From: Lentisphaeria bacterium
GTDB lineage: Bacteria; Verrucomicrobiota; Lentisphaeria; JABSQK01; JAWLHB01
Direction: 5' to 3'
Assembly (NCBI GenBank): GCA_041690595.1
Contig: JAWLHB010000021.1
Coordinates: forward strand, 70,599 to 134,598
Length of the DNA: 64,000 nt
Part shown: positions 14,555-24,321 of the stretch, piece after piece
Position numbering within the stretch: the stretch's first letter is position 1
How the letters are laid out: each line of letters opens with the position of its first letter
Notes under the pieces: model-generated
What the model saw: only the letters and a program-made list of their open reading frames with translations
What the model was told of the DNA's origin: nothing
Database searches by the model: none
Translations under genes and position numbers: made by a program

Positions 14555-17254
14555 TTAGATATCGTCATCTTGCAGCTCTTCTTCTTCCTCCTGATCAGCA
14601 TCGTCGGTAATCAGGATTTCACGCGGGTTCTGCCCGATCTGCGGGCCGACAATGCCCCGCTCTTCCAGTTCCTCGATGATCAGAGAGGCGCGGTTGTACC
14701 CAATGCGCAACCGCCGCTGCAGGTGACTGGTGGTGGCTCGACGGTCCCGCAATATAACCTGGATAGCCTGCTGGATCAACGCTTCTTCGTCATCGTCGGC
14801 AGGGATAATGCTGGGACCTTCCTCATCATTGCCAAAACTGGCGGCGGCGGGCCGGCCCTTGTCGCCGGAACCTTGGAAGACATCCTCGGCAAAGTCGGGC
14901 TCAGCCTGCGCGGCGCAGAACTGGACGATCTGTTCGATCTCCTTGTCTTCGACCATGGCGCCCTGGACACGGCTGAGCTTCGCACCGCCCGGTGGCCGGT
15001 AGAGCATGTCCCCCCGGCCGAGGAGCGACTCCGCCCCCTTGGTGTCCAGAATCGTACGGGAATCGGGCACCGAGCTTACCTGAAAGGCAATACGCGTGGG
15101 ATAGTTGGCCTTGATCACACCGGTGATGATGTTGACGCTTGGGCGCTGCGTGGCGATAACCGTGTGTATGCCTACCGCGCGCGCCAGCTGGGCGATCCGC
15201 GCCAGAGAGGTTTCCACTTCCTTTTTCGAGGTCATCATGATGTCCGCCAATTCGTCAATGATGACGACGAGGAAGGGCAGCTTTTCGGGTATCTTCACGC
15301 CGTCGTCATCTATTTCCGGTTCATCGCTGATGCGGCGCGAGTTGAAGGATGCAAGATTGCGGACGCCTACCTTGGAGAGTATTTCATAGCGCCACTCCAT
15401 CTGGTTGATGACCCAGCGCAGTGCGATCGGCACCTTCTTCGAATCGGTCACCACTGGCGTCACCAGATGCGGCAGCGTGGCGTAGCCGCTGAATTCCACC
15501 ACTTTCGGGTCGACGAGGATCATCTTGCACTGGTCGGGCTTGAATCGGTAGAGGAGACTGAGGATCAGGGTGTTGATGCAGACTGATTTGCCGCTGCCGG
15601 TGGCCCCGGCGATCATCAGATGGGGGGCGCGGGACAAGTCGAGGATGACAGGCTTGCCGCTGATGTCCTTGCCGAGGGCAATGGGAATCTGGGCGCGGCT
15701 GTTCTGCCATTCGGAACTCTCGAAGAGGCTGCGCAATGAGACGGTGCTGGAGACGCTGTTCGGCGCTTCGATGCCGACGGTCCCCTTGCCGGGGATGGGG
15801 GTGAGTATCCGCAGGCTCTCCGCCTTCAGGTTCATGGCGATGTTGTTGGCGAGGTTGCTGATCTTCTCGACCTTCACCCCAGGCGCCGGCTTGATCTCAT
15901 AGAGCGTCACGCGTGGCCCGCAGGTGGCGTCCCCAACCTCGGCGTCGATCCCGAAGCTTTCCAGCGTCTCCTGAAGGACCTTTTTCTTCTGCTCTATGTC
16001 TTTGGGGATGTCCGCCACATCCGCTTCCGAGAGGAGCTTGATCGGCGGCAGGGCGTAGTCGGTGTGCGAGGTGGGCATCGGCGTGGGCGTGGCTTTGACT
16101 GGCGCGGGTGCTGCCGTCGTGGGTGCAGCCTGTCCTGGTTTGCGGATCGCCTGTGCCGCACCGCCCACGGGTCGTGCCGGAGAGACGTTGCGCGGTTCGC
16201 TCAGCGGACGATCCGGCTCCAACTCCAGTTCGGGATCCGGCTCTGGCTCCGGCTCGGGACGCGGTTCAGGGCGCGGTTCGACTTCGGGCTCCGGTTTGGG
16301 TGGCGCCGTGGGTACAGGAAGGGGGACAGAAGCTCGTGGCGCTTCCCATTCGGCAACGTCGTCGCCTTTGCGATCGGCGGCCTTCTCCGCCTCCCGCTCG
16401 GCTCTGGCCGCTTCCCGAGCCGCGATTCTGCTCTCCTTTTCCGCCGCCTTTTCGGCCGCGCGTGCTTCCCGCTCGGCCTCTTTTTCCGCGGCGCGCAGCT
16501 CACGTTCCGCCGCGCGTTGCTCGGCCCGCGTCTGGCGGTCGGTGACGGCTTCCGCCTTGTCGCCGGCTTGCCCGTCACCCTTTTCACTCAAGGACTCGCG
16601 CCATTCCGAGAAGCTCTTCGTCCACAGGGCAGTGGTTTGCTCGCCCCAGTCGTAATGCCAGACGCTGATCAAGCCGGCCAGCATCAGGCCTGCCGAGATG
16701 ATCACGCAGCCGGTGCTGTTGACAAAGAACCAGAGCCATCCGGACGGCATCGGCAGCCGCGCCTGATTTGCGAGAATAACCTCGCTGGCGGGCGCACAGA
16801 GACGTTGCCCGATGGCGCCACCCGGGAGCTCAAGCAGATTGTAGCTCTCCTGCCAGGAGAGGAAGAAGTCCGGGAAGACCCCCAGCAACATGCTCAGCCC
16901 GACGATAAAGGCGCCGATGCCCAGATAGTAGAGAGCGGAAACCGGGCGGTTCCGCGGGTTGAAGCAGCGGGATGCCACGCAGAAGAGCATCAGGAGGACG
17001 GCAGGATACGCTGCCAGCCCCAACAGATAGAGCAGGTGGTGAGAGAGAAAGGCGCCCACGCGCCCAATCCAGTTATGGATACGCGCATCGACGATCCCCT
17101 GCTGCAGGATATGGATGTCGTCGCGATGATTGGAGACCAGCGCGAGAAAAACCAGAAGGCAGATAACGCCGATTGCGGCCTTGGCAAAAATCTGGGCCGC
17201 AAATCCTCGCTCCGGTGATGCCGGTGGCCCACTCTTCGCTTTCCCGTTGCTCAT
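14555..17254 (-). CDS. ftsK: DNA translocase FtsK/SpoIIIE
   Basis: N-terminal TM helices. Linker with Ala/Glu/Arg-rich and (PE)n segments. Motor domain LMIAGATGSGKS ... VVIIDELADIM. C-terminal gamma wHTH TSHLQRRLRIGYNRASLIIEELEERGIVGP. GGAGGGAGAG RBS before ATG 17254. Confidence 0.93.
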   Translation of the reverse strand: MSNGKAKSGPPASPERGFAAQIFAKAAIGVICLLVFLALVSNHRDDIHILQQGIVDARIHNWIGRVGAFLSHHLLYLLGLAAYPAVLLMLFCVASRCFNPRNRPVSALYYLGIGAFIVGLSMLLGVFPDFFLSWQESYNLLELPGGAIGQRLCAPASEVILANQARLPMPSGWLWFFVNSTGCVIISAGLMLAGLISVWHYDWGEQTTALWTKSFSEWRESLSEKGDGQAGDKAEAVTDRQTRAEQRAAERELRAAEKEAEREARAAEKAAEKESRIAAREAARAEREAEKAADRKGDDVAEWEAPRASVPLPVPTAPPKPEPEVEPRPEPRPEPEPEPDPELELEPDRPLSEPRNVSPARPVGGAAQAIRKPGQAAPTTAAPAPVKATPTPMPTSHTDYALPPIKLLSEADVADIPKDIEQKKKVLQETLESFGIDAEVGDATCGPRVTLYEIKPAPGVKVEKISNLANNIAMNLKAESLRILTPIPGKGTVGIEAPNSVSSTVSLRSLFESSEWQNSRAQIPIALGKDISGKPVILDLSRAPHLMIAGATGSGKSVCINTLILSLLYRFKPDQCKMILVDPKVVEFSGYATLPHLVTPVVTDSKKVPIALRWVINQMEWRYEILSKVGVRNLASFNSRRISDEPEIDDDGVKIPEKLPFLVVIIDELADIMMTSKKEVETSLARIAQLARAVGIHTVIATQRPSVNIITGVIKANYPTRIAFQVSSVPDSRTILDTKGAESLLGRGDMLYRPPGGAKLSRVQGAMVEDKEIEQIVQFCAAQAEPDFAEDVFQGSGDKGRPAAASFGNDEEGPSIIPADDDEEALIQQAIQVILRDRRATTSHLQRRLRIGYNRASLIIEELEERGIVGPQIGQNPREILITDDADQEEEEELQDDDI
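16213..16296. repeat. imperfect GGCTCC-type repeat encoding a PE-rich linker (PEPEVEPRPEPRPEPEPEPDPELELEPD) in FtsK
   Basis: Read directly. Same repeat type as 14144..14233 in the neighbouring gene. Confidence 0.75.
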
Positions 17255-17405
17255 GTCTCTCCCTCCACTCGATAATCTCTTCCGATCGCCAGAAACATCC
17301 AGCCTGCCCGTTTCTATTCTGCTCAGGTGTGCTATACTACCGCATCCTCCACCGCGGCCAACGGGGGCCGGTTTGCCGAAAGTGCCCCGGCGCCCGGAAT
17401 ATGGT

Positions 17406-17411
17406 TATAGT
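17406..17411 (+). promoter_or_regulatory. candidate -10 box TATAGT for the PMI gene
   Basis: Context GGTTATAGTACT, 43 nt upstream of ATG 17454, in the divergent ftsK/PMI intergenic region. Confidence 0.4.
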
Positions 17412-17453
17412 ACTGCCCATTCCGCAGATTCCGAGCAGAGAATTCTCTTTTCC

Positions 17454-18446
17454 ATGGAAAAACCTGCGTACCCGCTGAAGTTCGAGCCTCTCTATCGCCA
17501 CCATCCATGGGGCGGTACCTTGATGGCTGAAACGCTCGATCGTCGGCTCAGCACCAATGAGCCGCTTGGCGAATCGCTCGAGATTGTCGACGACGGGGAT
17601 ATTCAGAGCATCGTGGCCAATGGGCCGCTCGCGGGTACCAGTCTGCGAGAGCTGGTCGAGAACCATGCCACGACGCTGGTCAGCAACCGCCATCGCCCCG
17701 CCGACCGATTTCCTCTTCTGGTCAAGTACCTGGATACCGGTCGGCGCCTCCCTGTGCTGGTACATCCCGATGAGCTGGCGAGCGACGCCCTGCGAGCCCG
17801 GCCCAACTCCAAGATGTGGTTCATTGCGGCCGCGCGCCCCAACTCCAGTCTCTATGTGGGCATCAAACCAAAGACGACCCAGCAGCAAGTCTTGAATCAC
17901 CTCAATTCGCCGGATCTTCAGGATGTGCTTCAGTCCTTTCCATCGGAACCGGGCGATGCCTATTACATCTCCTCCGGCCGGGTACATTCGCTCAATCTCG
18001 GCAATCTGGTGCTCTCCATCGAGCAGGGGCATATCGATGCACTGATCGTCAGCAACTTCGGCGGCAACGACGGCGGTGCCGCGCCGACCGCGGAAGCGCT
18101 GGAGGAGTCGCTGGCGGCCATCCATTTTCAGGATCGGAGCATTGCCCGCATACGCTGCGAAAGCAACACCGTGCAGCGGAACCGAAAGCTGCCGCTGGTC
18201 AACCTGTGCCCCCATTTCACCGTCGACGAGCTGCGCCTCATTCAGCCGATGCACGAACGCACCGATGGCTCCTCTTTTCACATTCTCACAGCCATGGACG
18301 GTGCAGCCGAAGTCACCTTGGGCAAGCACGCAATCCTGCTCGATAAGGGGCAGTCCTGCCTCATTCCCGCTGAGCTTGGTTACTATGCCGTGGCACCGGC
18401 ACGCGATCAGCTCACAAAGGTTCTCAAGTCATCTCTGCGAACGTGA
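17454..18446 (+). CDS. manA: type I phosphomannose isomerase (cupin, Bacillus-type ManA)
   Basis: ORF 17130..18446 trimmed to ATG 17454. YPLKFEPLYRHHPWGG and LLVKYLDTGRRLPVLVHPDE match the short type I PMI family. About 330 aa. Confidence 0.75.
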   Translation: MEKPAYPLKFEPLYRHHPWGGTLMAETLDRRLSTNEPLGESLEIVDDGDIQSIVANGPLAGTSLRELVENHATTLVSNRHRPADRFPLLVKYLDTGRRLPVLVHPDELASDALRARPNSKMWFIAAARPNSSLYVGIKPKTTQQQVLNHLNSPDLQDVLQSFPSEPGDAYYISSGRVHSLNLGNLVLSIEQGHIDALIVSNFGGNDGGAAPTAEALEESLAAIHFQDRSIARIRCESNTVQRNRKLPLVNLCPHFTVDELRLIQPMHERTDGSSFHILTAMDGAAEVTLGKHAILLDKGQSCLIPAELGYYAVAPARDQLTKVLKSSLRT

Positions 18447-18649
18447 TGATGAGCACCATTCCCTCCCCCGCCCTCCGAGCCTCGGCAAGCTGGGTTTTGA
18501 TGCCGGCAAGATGAGAGGCCATGAGCTTCGGCCTGCGGACAGGTACATCGAACTGAGGTGCCGTAGCTCCTGCGTATGTTGGCTTGACTAAGACGCGGGG
18601 ACCGACCTTTGGTCCGAGTTTTGGGGTTTCGACCGAGGTTTGGACCGAT

Positions 18650-18677
18650 CCGTCTGGGGACGGACGTGCCGTTTTTT
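18650..18677 (+). terminator. weak candidate intrinsic terminator after the PMI gene
   Basis: Short GC stems (CCGTC/GACGG; ACGG/CCGT) followed by TTTTTT at 18672-18677. Confidence 0.3.
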
Positions 18678-18736
18678 GGGTTTGGTGACAAAAAAGTTGA
18701 GGTTGGTGAAGGTGATTGCGGGAGGGGGGGTATAGT

Positions 18737-20653
18737 ATGGGCATGATGGTTGCCGCGGATGCTTCTGAACCTCGAATGGGACTGATGCGACGGCTGCTCG
18801 GGCTTGCCTGGCAGTACCGTTGGGGATGTCTGCGCATCATGGGGATTCAGATCGTGCTGTTGACGCTGGGACTCTCTGGGCTGGGATTGATGGGGCTGGG
18901 GATTGACTTCATCAAGTTTCAGATGCAGGAGGAGGTGGCGGTTGGGGCGATGGCGCCCAAGCCACCGCACTGGCCGTTCGGCTTCGAGCCGCCGGCGGAG
19001 ATGGCGCCGATGCAGGTGCTCTACATCATCGCCGGCGGGATACTGGTCTTTGCGCTGATCCGGGCGGGCCTCAACTACTGCTACAGCATCTGGCTGGCGA
19101 AGCTGGTTCAGGGGCAGATCGTGGTGGATCTTCGGCAGAAGGTCTACCGGAAGATGCAGCGGCTGAGCTTCAACTTCTTCGACAGCAACGTGAGCAGCTC
19201 GATCATCAACCGGGTGACGGGGGATGTACAGAACGTGCGCATGTTTGTGGACAGCGTGCTGGTGCAGAGCCTTATTCTGGTGCTCTCGCTGATGATCTAC
19301 TTCGTGTACATGATGAACATCCATCCGTGGCTGACGATCGCGTGTCTGGTGACTACGCCGCTGCTGTGGACAACGACGCGCCGCTTTTCGAAGACGGTCC
19401 AGCCAGCCTACCGGAGGAATCGGGAGCTTTTCGATGACATGGTGCTTGCCCTGAGCGAGAACTTCCAGGGCGCGCATGTGGTGAAGGGGTTCTGCCTGGA
19501 GGATGAAGAGGCGGTCAAGTACGAGCGGGCGAACACGGCGATAGCGGAGCACAAGATGTGGATCATCCGCAAGGTCAGCTTCTTCAGTCCGCTGATTGCG
19601 TTTCTGACGCACATCAACCTCTTCGTGCTGCTGGCGTACGGCGGGTTTCTGGTGATACGGTACGAGCAGGCGCCGGATGCGATGACGGCCGCGGTGGTGG
19701 GGCTGTCGGTGGGGCAGTTGCTGGTTTTTTCGGGGTTACTGCAGCAGTTTTCCGGTCAGGTGGCGAACATTTCGAACATCGCGAATATGATGCAGCAGAG
19801 CCTGATCGGGGCGCAACGCGTCTTCGAGGTGCTGGATGCGCCGGTGGCGATCGCCACGCCGCCGAATGCGGTCCGGCTGGTGAAGGCGCGAGGTGAGCTG
19901 ACGCTCGAACAGGTGAGCTTCGGCTACACGGAGAACGACAGGGTCCTGCGGCGCATCGATCTGGAGGTGAGCGCGGGCGAGTGCATCGCGGTAGTTGGCG
20001 CGACGGGTTCTGGAAAGAGTACGCTGATGAGCCTGATCAGCCGTTTCTACGATCCGGACGAGGGGCGTATTGTGCTGGACGGTCATGATCTGCGCCGGCT
20101 CGACCTGGAGGATCTGCGCCGCAACATCGGGCTTGTCTTCCAGGAGAATTTTCTGTTCAGCACCTCGGTGTTGGCGAACATCGCGTTCGGACATCCCGAT
20201 GCGACGCGGGAGCAGGTGGAGAATGCGGCGCGTGTGGCCTCGGCCCATGACTTCATCATGGAACTGCCGGACGGGTACGACACGATCCTTCATGAGAACG
20301 GCGGCAATCTCTCGGGGGGACAGCGGCAGCGGCTGGCGATCGCCCGGGCAATCCTGCTGGAGCCGGCGATCCTTCTTCTGGACGATCCAACGGCGGCGGT
20401 GGATCCACAGACGGAGGACGACATCCTGCAGGCGATGGAGCAGGCCATGGTCGGCCGAACGACCTTCATGGTTGCCCATCGCATGAGCACGCTTCGGCGC
20501 GCAGACCGGATCGTGGTGCTGGATCATGGTCGGATCGTGCAGATCGGGTCGCATGAAGAGCTGGTGCGAACCCCGGGTCACTATCAACGGATCGCGCAGC
20601 TGCAGATGGCGGGTCATGGAGGCTACGGCGCGGCGGCGGGAGGAGGCGCATGA
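18737..20653 (+). CDS. ABC exporter, fused permease-ATPase (MdlA/MsbA-like half transporter)
   Basis: Six-TM N-terminal half. Walker A GATGSGKST, signature LSGGQRQR, Walker B ILLLDD. GGAGGGGGGG precedes ATG 18737. The ORF track starts at TTG 18716. Confidence 0.88.
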   Translation: MGMMVAADASEPRMGLMRRLLGLAWQYRWGCLRIMGIQIVLLTLGLSGLGLMGLGIDFIKFQMQEEVAVGAMAPKPPHWPFGFEPPAEMAPMQVLYIIAGGILVFALIRAGLNYCYSIWLAKLVQGQIVVDLRQKVYRKMQRLSFNFFDSNVSSSIINRVTGDVQNVRMFVDSVLVQSLILVLSLMIYFVYMMNIHPWLTIACLVTTPLLWTTTRRFSKTVQPAYRRNRELFDDMVLALSENFQGAHVVKGFCLEDEEAVKYERANTAIAEHKMWIIRKVSFFSPLIAFLTHINLFVLLAYGGFLVIRYEQAPDAMTAAVVGLSVGQLLVFSGLLQQFSGQVANISNIANMMQQSLIGAQRVFEVLDAPVAIATPPNAVRLVKARGELTLEQVSFGYTENDRVLRRIDLEVSAGECIAVVGATGSGKSTLMSLISRFYDPDEGRIVLDGHDLRRLDLEDLRRNIGLVFQENFLFSTSVLANIAFGHPDATREQVENAARVASAHDFIMELPDGYDTILHENGGNLSGGQRQRLAIARAILLEPAILLLDDPTAAVDPQTEDDILQAMEQAMVGRTTFMVAHRMSTLRRADRIVVLDHGRIVQIGSHEELVRTPGHYQRIAQLQMAGHGGYGAAAGGGA

Positions 20654-22452
20654 AGTCGTCGCCGAAGATGCTGACGCAGGTGAAACAGGATGAGAAGGAA
20701 GCGGCGCAGAAGCCGTTGAGCTTCGGGCTGATACGGCGACTGCTGGGGTACATGGTGCCTTACGCCGGGCGGCGTAACATGCTGATCGGGATCGTGGTCG
20801 TGCGGGCGATTCAACTGCCGCTGCTGGCGTGGGCGATCGGTGCGGTGATCGGCGGCCCGGTCTCACGGCTGGATGGGATGGGGGTAATGTTGGGGGCGAT
20901 CGGCTATCTGGCGCTGGCGGCCTTTACGCAGGTTACCCTCTGCTTCCGGCTGCGCTTTGCCCAGGAGCTGGGGGAGAATGTGATCCGGGACATTCGCGGT
21001 TTCATGTTCAGCCACCTGCAGAAGCTACCGATGGCGTACTTCCAGCGGGTAGGCACGGGCAGGCTGATCAGCCGGTTCACGTCGGATGCCGAAGCGGTGC
21101 GCAGCGGGGTGCAGGATCTGCTGTTCGTGAGCATCGTGGGGGGCGGCCAGATAATCGTGGCGGCGGCCTTCATGGCATATTACGACGTGGTGCTCTTCCT
21201 GGTGGTGGCGGGGATGACTCCGGTGCTGTGGGGGATGAATCGGCTGGTGCATGGGCGGCTGAGCCGGGCTTACCGGACGATGCAGGAGAGCTTCAGCCGG
21301 GTGACGGCGACGCTGGCGGAATCGGTGTCGGGAATCCGGGTGACGCAGGGGTTCGTGCGGGAGGATGTCAATGCGGGTCTCTTCCATGATCTGGTACGCG
21401 ATCACGCCCGGTACAACATCGACGCGGCGCGGATCTCGGGAGTTTTTCTGCCGATGCTGGAGTTCAATTCGCAGCTCTTCATCTCGCTGGTGCTGATGAT
21501 CGGCGGGTGGCGGGTCTTCAACGGCTTTGCGGATGTGCAGGCATTGTACCAGTTCGTGCTGATGTCGGCCATCTTCTTCGGCCCGATTCAGTGGCTGGGC
21601 ACGCAGTACAACATGGCGCTCACCGCGATGGCGGGGGCAGAGCGGGTTTTCCGGCTGCTCGACACCAAGCCGGAGTGGAGCGATCCGCCGGACGCGCACC
21701 ACGCTGACCAGATCGTGGGACGGGTCGTCTTCGACAAGGTCGACTTCGGCTATCTACCGGGAACGCTTGTCCTGCGGGAGATCAGTTTCGTGGCGGAGCC
21801 TGGGCAGACCGTGGCGCTGGTGGGGCATACGGGCAGCGGCAAGTCGAGCATCATCAACCTGATCGCCAAGTTCTACCTGCCGACGCACGGCAGGCTTAGC
21901 ATTGACGGGATCGACATACTGAATCTGGAAACCCACTCGTTGCGCAGCCGCATCGGCATCGTCCTGCAGCAGAACTTTCTGTTCACGGGGACGGTCATGG
22001 ACAACATCCGCACGGGGCGCCCCGGTGCCACGGATGCGGAGGTGATCGCCGCCGCGGAACGACTGGGGTGCCGGGACTCGATCGAAACGCTTCCGGCAGG
22101 CTTTGCAACGGTGGTGGGAGAGCGCGGTGCGGGCATCAGCGTGGGGCAACGGCAGTTGATCTGCTTTGCCCGGGCGATGCTTGCCGATCCGCGGATTCTG
22201 ATTCTGGATGAAGCGACGAGTGCGGTGGATACCTTGACGGAAGCTCGGTTGCAGCAGGCGATGGATCGGCTGTTGAGCGGCCGCACGAGTTTCGTGGTGG
22301 CGCATCGGCTGAGCACCATTCTGCATGCGGAACAGGTGCTTGTGCTGGAGGATGGCCGGATCATCGAACGGGGGACACATGCGGAACTTGTGGAGCATGG
22401 CAGAGTCTATGCCAACCTCTATGAACAATTCATCCAGTCCACTTCGGCCTGA
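20650..22452 (+). CDS. ABC exporter, fused permease-ATPase (MdlB-like), probable heterodimer partner of the upstream gene
   Basis: Motifs GHTGSGKSS, ISVGQRQL, ILILDEATS. ATGA overlap at 20650-20653, with AGGAGG upstream. Confidence 0.9.
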   Translation: MKSSPKMLTQVKQDEKEAAQKPLSFGLIRRLLGYMVPYAGRRNMLIGIVVVRAIQLPLLAWAIGAVIGGPVSRLDGMGVMLGAIGYLALAAFTQVTLCFRLRFAQELGENVIRDIRGFMFSHLQKLPMAYFQRVGTGRLISRFTSDAEAVRSGVQDLLFVSIVGGGQIIVAAAFMAYYDVVLFLVVAGMTPVLWGMNRLVHGRLSRAYRTMQESFSRVTATLAESVSGIRVTQGFVREDVNAGLFHDLVRDHARYNIDAARISGVFLPMLEFNSQLFISLVLMIGGWRVFNGFADVQALYQFVLMSAIFFGPIQWLGTQYNMALTAMAGAERVFRLLDTKPEWSDPPDAHHADQIVGRVVFDKVDFGYLPGTLVLREISFVAEPGQTVALVGHTGSGKSSIINLIAKFYLPTHGRLSIDGIDILNLETHSLRSRIGIVLQQNFLFTGTVMDNIRTGRPGATDAEVIAAAERLGCRDSIETLPAGFATVVGERGAGISVGQRQLICFARAMLADPRILILDEATSAVDTLTEARLQQAMDRLLSGRTSFVVAHRLSTILHAEQVLVLEDGRIIERGTHAELVEHGRVYANLYEQFIQSTSA

Positions 22453-22565
22453 AGAAGGAGCGCCTGATCGTCCACAGCTTTTCTGAATGACGAAAAGGCG
22501 CGCATTGCAAAGCGGTGCTAAAGTACCCACGGACAACACCTGGCTAACAGTGATTTTTGGGAGGG

Positions 22566-24293
22566 ATGGTGGAGAGACTTTCTTCGTCGGTAAGAGAAGG
22601 GACGCCGGTGAACCTGGCCAGCCTGGTAGCGGCGCATGCGAAGCGTACGCCGGGCAAGCGCGCGGTCGTCGTGCCGCATGGCCGGGATTCGCGCGGGCGG
22701 GTGGCGTATACGCACTTGACCTTTGGTCAGGTCGAGGATGAGATCGAGGCCTTCGCCCGCGGTTTGTCCGGCATCGGGATCGAGCGCGGGATGAAGGTGG
22801 TGCTGATGGTTCGTCCCGGCTTGGATTTTCTGCCGCTGACGTATGCGCTCTTCCGGCTTGGCGCGGTGCCGGTGCTGATCGATCCGGGGATGGGACGGAA
22901 GAACCTGCTGCACTGCATCCGGCAGGTGGGGCCCGAGGCCTTCATTGGGGTTCCATTGGCGCACCTGGCGAGGAAGCTCTTTCCGCGAAGCTTCGCGAAG
23001 ATCCGCATCCATGTGACGATCGGCCGGCGCTGGCTGTGGGGAGGCTACGCCATGGCGGACATTCATCAGCCGACTGGCGAGGCGGTTCCCGCCCCGACGA
23101 CGCAGCCGGAGGAGCTGGCGGCGATCATCTTCACCACCGGCAGCACCGGCCCACCGAAAGGGGTGGAATATACGCACGGCATGTTTGCCGCGCAGGTGGC
23201 GACCCTCGGCCAGGCTTTCGGTTTGACCAGTGACGACATCGACATGCCCGGATTCGCCCTTTTTGCCTTGTACACGCTGGCGATGGGGCTCACCGTGATC
23301 ATTCCAGACATGGACCCGACTCGGCCGGCGCTGGTGACGCCGGAGCGCATCATCGAGGCTGTCACGGACCATGGAGCGACCTTTTCCTTTGGTTCTCCGG
23401 CACTCTGGAACCGGGTGAGCCTGCATTGTCTTGAGCACGGCATACGACTGCCGAGCCTGCGTGGCATCACCATGGCCGGCGCGCCGATTCCCGGCTACCT
23501 GCATGAGCGGATGCTGGGTCATATCCTGGGCGGTGGCGCCGAGATCCATACTCCTTATGGGGCGACGGAATGCCTGCCGGTCACCTCGTTCGAAGGCTCG
23601 CGGATTCTGGCGGAGACGCTGGGCAAGACGCAGGCTGGGGCTGGGTACTGTGTCGGGCGGCCGTTGCCGGGTATCTCGCTACGGGTTATTCGCATCCATG
23701 ATGAGGCGCTGCCTCGCTGGTCGCAGGTGGAGGAGCTGCCCACTGGGGAGATCGGCGAGATCGTGGTGCAGGGGGCGGTGGTGAGCCGCCGTTACCATCA
23801 ACTGCCGGAGAAGACGCGGTTGCACAAGATTTACGAAACGGCTGACGAAAAAGGCGGCCCTTTCTGGCATCGGATCGGCGATGCCGGTTATCTGGACGAT
23901 GCGGGCCGGCTCTGGTTCTGCGGGCGGGTGGCGCATCGGGTGGTGACGGGGGACGCGACGCTGTACACGGTATGTTGCGAAGCATTGGTCAACAACCACC
24001 CGGCCGTGTATCGTTCGGCACTTGTAGGGCTGGGAAGCGACCGCTATCGGCAGGAGCCGGTCCTGATCGTCGAACCGGCAGAAGGTCACTTTCCCGCGGA
24101 TGACGCGGGAGCGGCAAAGCTGCGCGAGGAGTTGATGGCGATCGTGCGGGGGAATCCCCTGACAGCGTCGATCGGCAAGCTGATGTTTCACCGGTCGTTT
24201 CCCGTGGACATACGTCACAATGCCAAGATCTTTCGGGAGAAACTGGCGGTGTGGGCGGCAGAGCAGCCTGAATGCCGCGGTGGGGTGAGCTAA
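22566..24293 (+). CDS. oleC: OleC-like AMP-dependent synthetase (beta-lactone synthetase family)
   Basis: Motifs AAIIFTTGSTGPPKGVEYTHG, GLTVIIPDMDPTRPALV, TPYGATE. The C-terminus FPVDIRHNAKIFREKLAVWAAEQ fits the OleC ('peptide synthase' PRK09274-type) family as I recall it. Start is ATG 22566, or TTG 22557/GTG 22569. Confidence 0.65.
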   Translation: MVERLSSSVREGTPVNLASLVAAHAKRTPGKRAVVVPHGRDSRGRVAYTHLTFGQVEDEIEAFARGLSGIGIERGMKVVLMVRPGLDFLPLTYALFRLGAVPVLIDPGMGRKNLLHCIRQVGPEAFIGVPLAHLARKLFPRSFAKIRIHVTIGRRWLWGGYAMADIHQPTGEAVPAPTTQPEELAAIIFTTGSTGPPKGVEYTHGMFAAQVATLGQAFGLTSDDIDMPGFALFALYTLAMGLTVIIPDMDPTRPALVTPERIIEAVTDHGATFSFGSPALWNRVSLHCLEHGIRLPSLRGITMAGAPIPGYLHERMLGHILGGGAEIHTPYGATECLPVTSFEGSRILAETLGKTQAGAGYCVGRPLPGISLRVIRIHDEALPRWSQVEELPTGEIGEIVVQGAVVSRRYHQLPEKTRLHKIYETADEKGGPFWHRIGDAGYLDDAGRLWFCGRVAHRVVTGDATLYTVCCEALVNNHPAVYRSALVGLGSDRYRQEPVLIVEPAEGHFPADDAGAAKLREELMAIVRGNPLTASIGKLMFHRSFPVDIRHNAKIFREKLAVWAAEQPECRGGVS

Positions 24294-24321
24294 TGTATAA
24301 GCAGGATCAAGGACAAGCGCC

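Noticed and set aside
14131-14610. Plus-strand ORF beginning with a (GS)n run
   Set aside because: It is the mirror image of the (PE)n-encoding hexanucleotide repeat of the RodZ-like gene and has no independent support.
18590-18680. tmRNA, SRP RNA or RNase P RNA in the long manA-ABC intergenic region (GGGGTTTCGACCGAGG superficially resembles a tmRNA 5' end)
   Set aside because: There is no T-arm or CCA-type 3' end, no GGAAAGTCC (RNase P) or SRP domain IV motif, and the region is too short for tmRNA.
18731-18748. Leaderless mRNA for the first ABC gene (TATAGT abuts ATG 18737; further ATGs at 18743 and 18746)
   Set aside because: A strong GGAGGGGGGG Shine-Dalgarno directly precedes ATG 18737. 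That argues for a conventional leader from an upstream promoter. It cannot be decided without a TSS map.
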